Source of the DNA: Methanococcus maripaludis
GTDB taxonomy: Archaea > AGJL01 > Methanococci > Methanococcales > Methanococcaceae
Direction of reading: 5' to 3'
Length of the DNA: 32,000 nucleotides
Assembly: GCF_002945325.1 (NCBI RefSeq)
Contig: NZ_CP026606.1
Span: forward strand, 1,080,001 to 1,112,000
Position 1 is the stretch's first letter. Every line of letters starts with the position of its first letter. This document shows, piece by piece, positions 29,246 to 32,000 of this stretch. The notes under the pieces are model-generated. The model was not told the DNA's origin, did not search any database, and saw only the letters and a list, made by a program, of their open reading frames with translations. The position numbers and the translations under genes were made by a program.

Positions 29246-29271
29246 GTAGGTATAATGGACTGGTGATATAG

Positions 29272-29964
29272 ATGGAAATTCAAAAAATTAAAGAACTCGG
29301 AAAAAAACTTCAAGACCTTTTAGCTCTAGAAAAACCTGCAACAGCAGTTAAACTTGTAAAATCAAAAGAAGAAATTCCAGAAGGCTATGCTGAAATAGAA
29401 ACTCCTGTAAGGCACTGTGAAATGATTCAAAATGCAAGAACTGAAGGTAAAAAGTTCTACGCAACAGTCGAAAAACAAGCATGTAAAGGTGGAGCATACG
29501 CGATTGGAATTTTACAAAATCCTCCTGAAGCATTGAAAAGCGGTGTTTTGTACCACAACTTAGGAAACTTCCCAACCGAAGAAGCTGCAATTAAAACAGT
29601 TCAGGCAATTCCAAGGGTTAAAGAAGCAATTTACGCTGGAGTTTATGCACCATTAAACGATGCAGACTTTGAACCTGACAGCATTGTAGTTTTAGTAACT
29701 CCAAAACAGGGTTTAAGACTTACTCAAGCACTTAATTATGCAGCAGGTGGAAGATTCCAGGCAGACTTTGCAGGAATTCAATCTTTATGTGCTGATGCAG
29801 TAGCTGCTGTAAAAACAAGAGGTGTAGCAAACGCAACACTCGGATGCAACGGTTCAAGAGCTTATGCACATATTAAAGACGATGAGCTTGTATTTGCATT
29901 CCCACTTTCAGATTTGGAAAACGTAATTGGTGCACTTGAATACTTCAAGGAAAAATGGAATTAA
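29272..29964 (+). CDS. DUF169-family protein
   Basis: The length (230 aa) and blocks such as ACKGGAYAIGIL and LGCNGSRAYAHI fit my memory of DUF169 (COG2043). The RBS GGTGAT precedes the ATG. Confidence 0.55.
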   Translation: MEIQKIKELGKKLQDLLALEKPATAVKLVKSKEEIPEGYAEIETPVRHCEMIQNARTEGKKFYATVEKQACKGGAYAIGILQNPPEALKSGVLYHNLGNFPTEEAAIKTVQAIPRVKEAIYAGVYAPLNDADFEPDSIVVLVTPKQGLRLTQALNYAAGGRFQADFAGIQSLCADAVAAVKTRGVANATLGCNGSRAYAHIKDDELVFAFPLSDLENVIGALEYFKEKWN

Positions 29965-29974
29965 AATTAAATAA

Positions 29975-31357
29975 TTAATTTTGATTTCTGATATTTTTTC
30001 TTGCAAGTGAAGCAAAAATTCCGAATAAACAAAGAATGGCAGAAACTTTAAATGATGCAGTTATCCCTTGAAGGAATAGCGGACTGAATTCTGCGGAAAT
30101 TGGGTTATTTCCAACATAAAATGCGATCAATACAGTTATTATTGCCATACTGGTCATCTGACCCAAAATCCTTACAGTTGCAAGCATTGCAGAAGCAACT
30201 CCTGCAAATTTCCTTTCAACTGAACTCATTATTGCATTCGTGTTTGGGGAGCTAAAAAGTGCAAATCCAAATCCGAGAAGCATTAAATTTAATATTATCT
30301 GATAAATACTCGTATCTAACTTAATAAATGAAAATAGCACTAATCCGCTACAGGTAATTCCCATTCCAAGGGATGCTAAAATCCTAGGTTCAATTTTATC
30401 GGATAATTTTCCGGTAATTGGTGAAAATATTGCCTGTACAAGGGGCTGTGCTAAAAGGATTATTCCTGCATCTTGGGCAGAAAATCCTCTCAAACTTTGA
30501 AGATAAAAACTGATCAAAAATGCCACTGCATAAGTTGCACCGTAATTTAACAGTGCAGCAAGGTTCGACATTGAAAATGCAAGATTTTTCGTAATGAGTT
30601 TGATGTTCAGAATTGGATTTTCTGTTTTATGCTCTCTATGGATAAATATAGATCCAAAAAGCAATGACACGAGTATAAAAATAGATCCTCCTGAACTAAA
30701 GGTAATAAATCCATATACTAAGAATACAAGTGAAATTATGTATGTAATCGAGCCGAAATAGTCAAATGTTTCGCCTTTTGCGTCACACCACTCGTTTAAA
30801 ACGAATTTCTTGGCAATAATGTATGTTAAAATTCCAATAATTCCTGAAAATAAAAATATACTTCTCCATCCAAAATAATGGGTCAAAATTCCTCCGAGGA
30901 ATGGCCCTAAACTAAGACCAATGTAAACTGTGGCAATATTAATTCCAAGGGCTTTTCCTCTTTCGTTTAAGGGGTAAAATGAGGTTAATATTGCAATAGC
31001 AGTTCCAAATATCATGGCACTACCTATTCCTTGAAGTATCCGAAGTAAAATCAAATGAGTGATTGATCCGGAAAATATCCCCATTAACGAGGATAATCCA
31101 AAAATTAACAGTCCATTTAATAAAATTCGTTTCCTACCAATAATATCTGCAATTCTTCCAAAGGGGAGTAAAAGTGCAGAACTTGCAAGTAGGAATGAAG
31201 TTACAAGCCAGCTTAAAAGGATAGTATCGGCTGAAAATTCTGTTCCAATACTTGGAAGAGCAAGATTCAATGCAGTGCTCATAAAAGGAGTTAAAAATGA
31301 TGATATCGCGGCAACAACTGCCACAATGGATTTTTCATTTTTCATGTGAATCGCCAA
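29975..31357 (-). CDS. MFS transporter (14-TM drug:H+ antiporter-like)
   Basis: About 14 hydrophobic helices are present, with the MFS loop motif GRIADIIGRKR between TM2 and TM3. The start is either TTG 31357 or ATG 31345 (MKNEKSIVAV). Confidence 0.8.
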   Translation of the reverse strand: MAIHMKNEKSIVAVVAAISSFLTPFMSTALNLALPSIGTEFSADTILLSWLVTSFLLASSALLLPFGRIADIIGRKRILLNGLLIFGLSSLMGIFSGSITHLILLRILQGIGSAMIFGTAIAILTSFYPLNERGKALGINIATVYIGLSLGPFLGGILTHYFGWRSIFLFSGIIGILTYIIAKKFVLNEWCDAKGETFDYFGSITYIISLVFLVYGFITFSSGGSIFILVSLLFGSIFIHREHKTENPILNIKLITKNLAFSMSNLAALLNYGATYAVAFLISFYLQSLRGFSAQDAGIILLAQPLVQAIFSPITGKLSDKIEPRILASLGMGITCSGLVLFSFIKLDTSIYQIILNLMLLGFGFALFSSPNTNAIMSSVERKFAGVASAMLATVRILGQMTSMAIITVLIAFYVGNNPISAEFSPLFLQGITASFKVSAILCLFGIFASLARKNIRNQN

Positions 31358-31419
31358 ATATATATTGTCCTAATTCTATAATCTATTTAAGCAAATAAAA
31401 AAACTTATCGGGTGAATTT

Positions 31420-31662
31420 ATGGTAAAAATTGAAGTATTTACATCACCAATGTGTCCACACTGTCCAGCAGCTAAAAGAATAGTTGATGAAGTTGCAAAA
31501 GAGATTGAGGGAATTGAAGTTGTACATATCAATGTAATGGAACACCCTGAAAAGGCTGCTGAACTTGGAATCATGGCAGTTCCTACCGTTGCAATAAACG
31601 GGGAAGTTAAGTTTGTTGGAGCCCCAACAAAAGATGCATTAATTGCAGAACTTAAAAAATAA
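31420..31662 (+). CDS. Small thioredoxin/glutaredoxin-like protein (CPHC active site)
   Basis: It is 80 aa with VFTSPMCPHCP and cis-Pro VPT, as in small methanogen thioredoxins. The RBS GGTGA precedes the ATG. Confidence 0.85.
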   Translation: MVKIEVFTSPMCPHCPAAKRIVDEVAKEIEGIEVVHINVMEHPEKAAELGIMAVPTVAINGEVKFVGAPTKDALIAELKK

Positions 31663-31775
31663 CTCATTTTATATTTTATTTAATATTAATTCACTTTTAA
31701 AAATCAGGAAGGATTGAAAACACATAAAGAATGGTTGTGTACAATAATGACATATCTACAAATTATGGTGTAATC

Positions 31776-32000
31776 ATGATAAAAGAGATAAACGTAAAAT
31801 CACTCAGAAGTCCCGCAATGCTCGTTGAAAAAGTAATCGAGAACACGAAAGGCGGAATTTTGTTGATCGAAACCGATGGGGATTCCCAAATCAAAGAAAT
31901 TTCCGAATTAATTAAAAAAATGGGTTATAAAATGGAAGTTGACGGAACAAACGTTAAAGTAAGCATTGGAGAAATTGAAGCTACAAAATCCATAAATGTT
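31776..32000 (+). CDS. TusA/SirA-like small protein lacking the active-site Cys, 3' end beyond window
   Basis: This ORF is not in the track because it runs off the window. ATG 31776 follows the RBS GGTG (31767-70). The product MIKEINVKSLRSPAMLVEKVIENTKGGILLIETDGDSQIKEISELIKKMGYKMEV... fits the TusA pattern, but it has RSPAML where TusA has CPxPxL. Confidence 0.5.
   Translation, partial: MIKEINVKSLRSPAMLVEKVIENTKGGILLIETDGDSQIKEISELIKKMGYKMEVDGTNVKVSIGEIEATKSINV

Noticed and set aside
31383-31667. A 94-aa minus-strand ORF
   Set aside because: It is antisense to the well-supported CPHC thioredoxin gene. Its product is low-complexity and rich in Ser, Thr, Ala and Ile, and it has no RBS.

Overview
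This window looks like a core chromosomal segment of an AT-rich methanogenic archaeon, most like Methanococcus (Methanococcales). It carries archaea-specific housekeeping genes (PAN, archaeal-type SAM synthetase, isopentenyl phosphate kinase, ribosomal protein S8e, MBF1, SepF, ThiDN). It also shows GGTGA-type ribosome-binding sites, TTTATATA promoter boxes and oligo-T terminators. I annotate 33 protein-coding genes (two cut by the window edges) and six tRNA genes. I saw no CRISPR array, transposase, integrase or recognisable defence gene. Many ORF-track starts run into the RBS (a GTG or TTG inside or just upstream of GGTGA), so I reset those starts by eye. The main candidate for an undescribed system is a translationally coupled tandem pair of ~1030-aa HEAT/ARM-like solenoid paralogs (8658-14833) with no catalytic motif I could find. 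A third HEAT-like gene is cut by the left edge. Other points worth a second look: twin TTGTGT-N9-ACACAA palindromes bracketing a TATA box between a radical-SAM/thiDN unit and a DUF169 gene; a small GTPase tightly coupled to sepF; an oxyanion ABC operon with two unrelated binding proteins (WtpA-type and ModA-type) ahead of one permease and one ATPase; a BpsA-like aminopropyltransferase fused to wHTH and zinc-ribbon modules; and a CAT-anticodon tRNA that looks like tRNA-Ile2. All family assignments come from motif and sequence recognition by eye. No database search was run.
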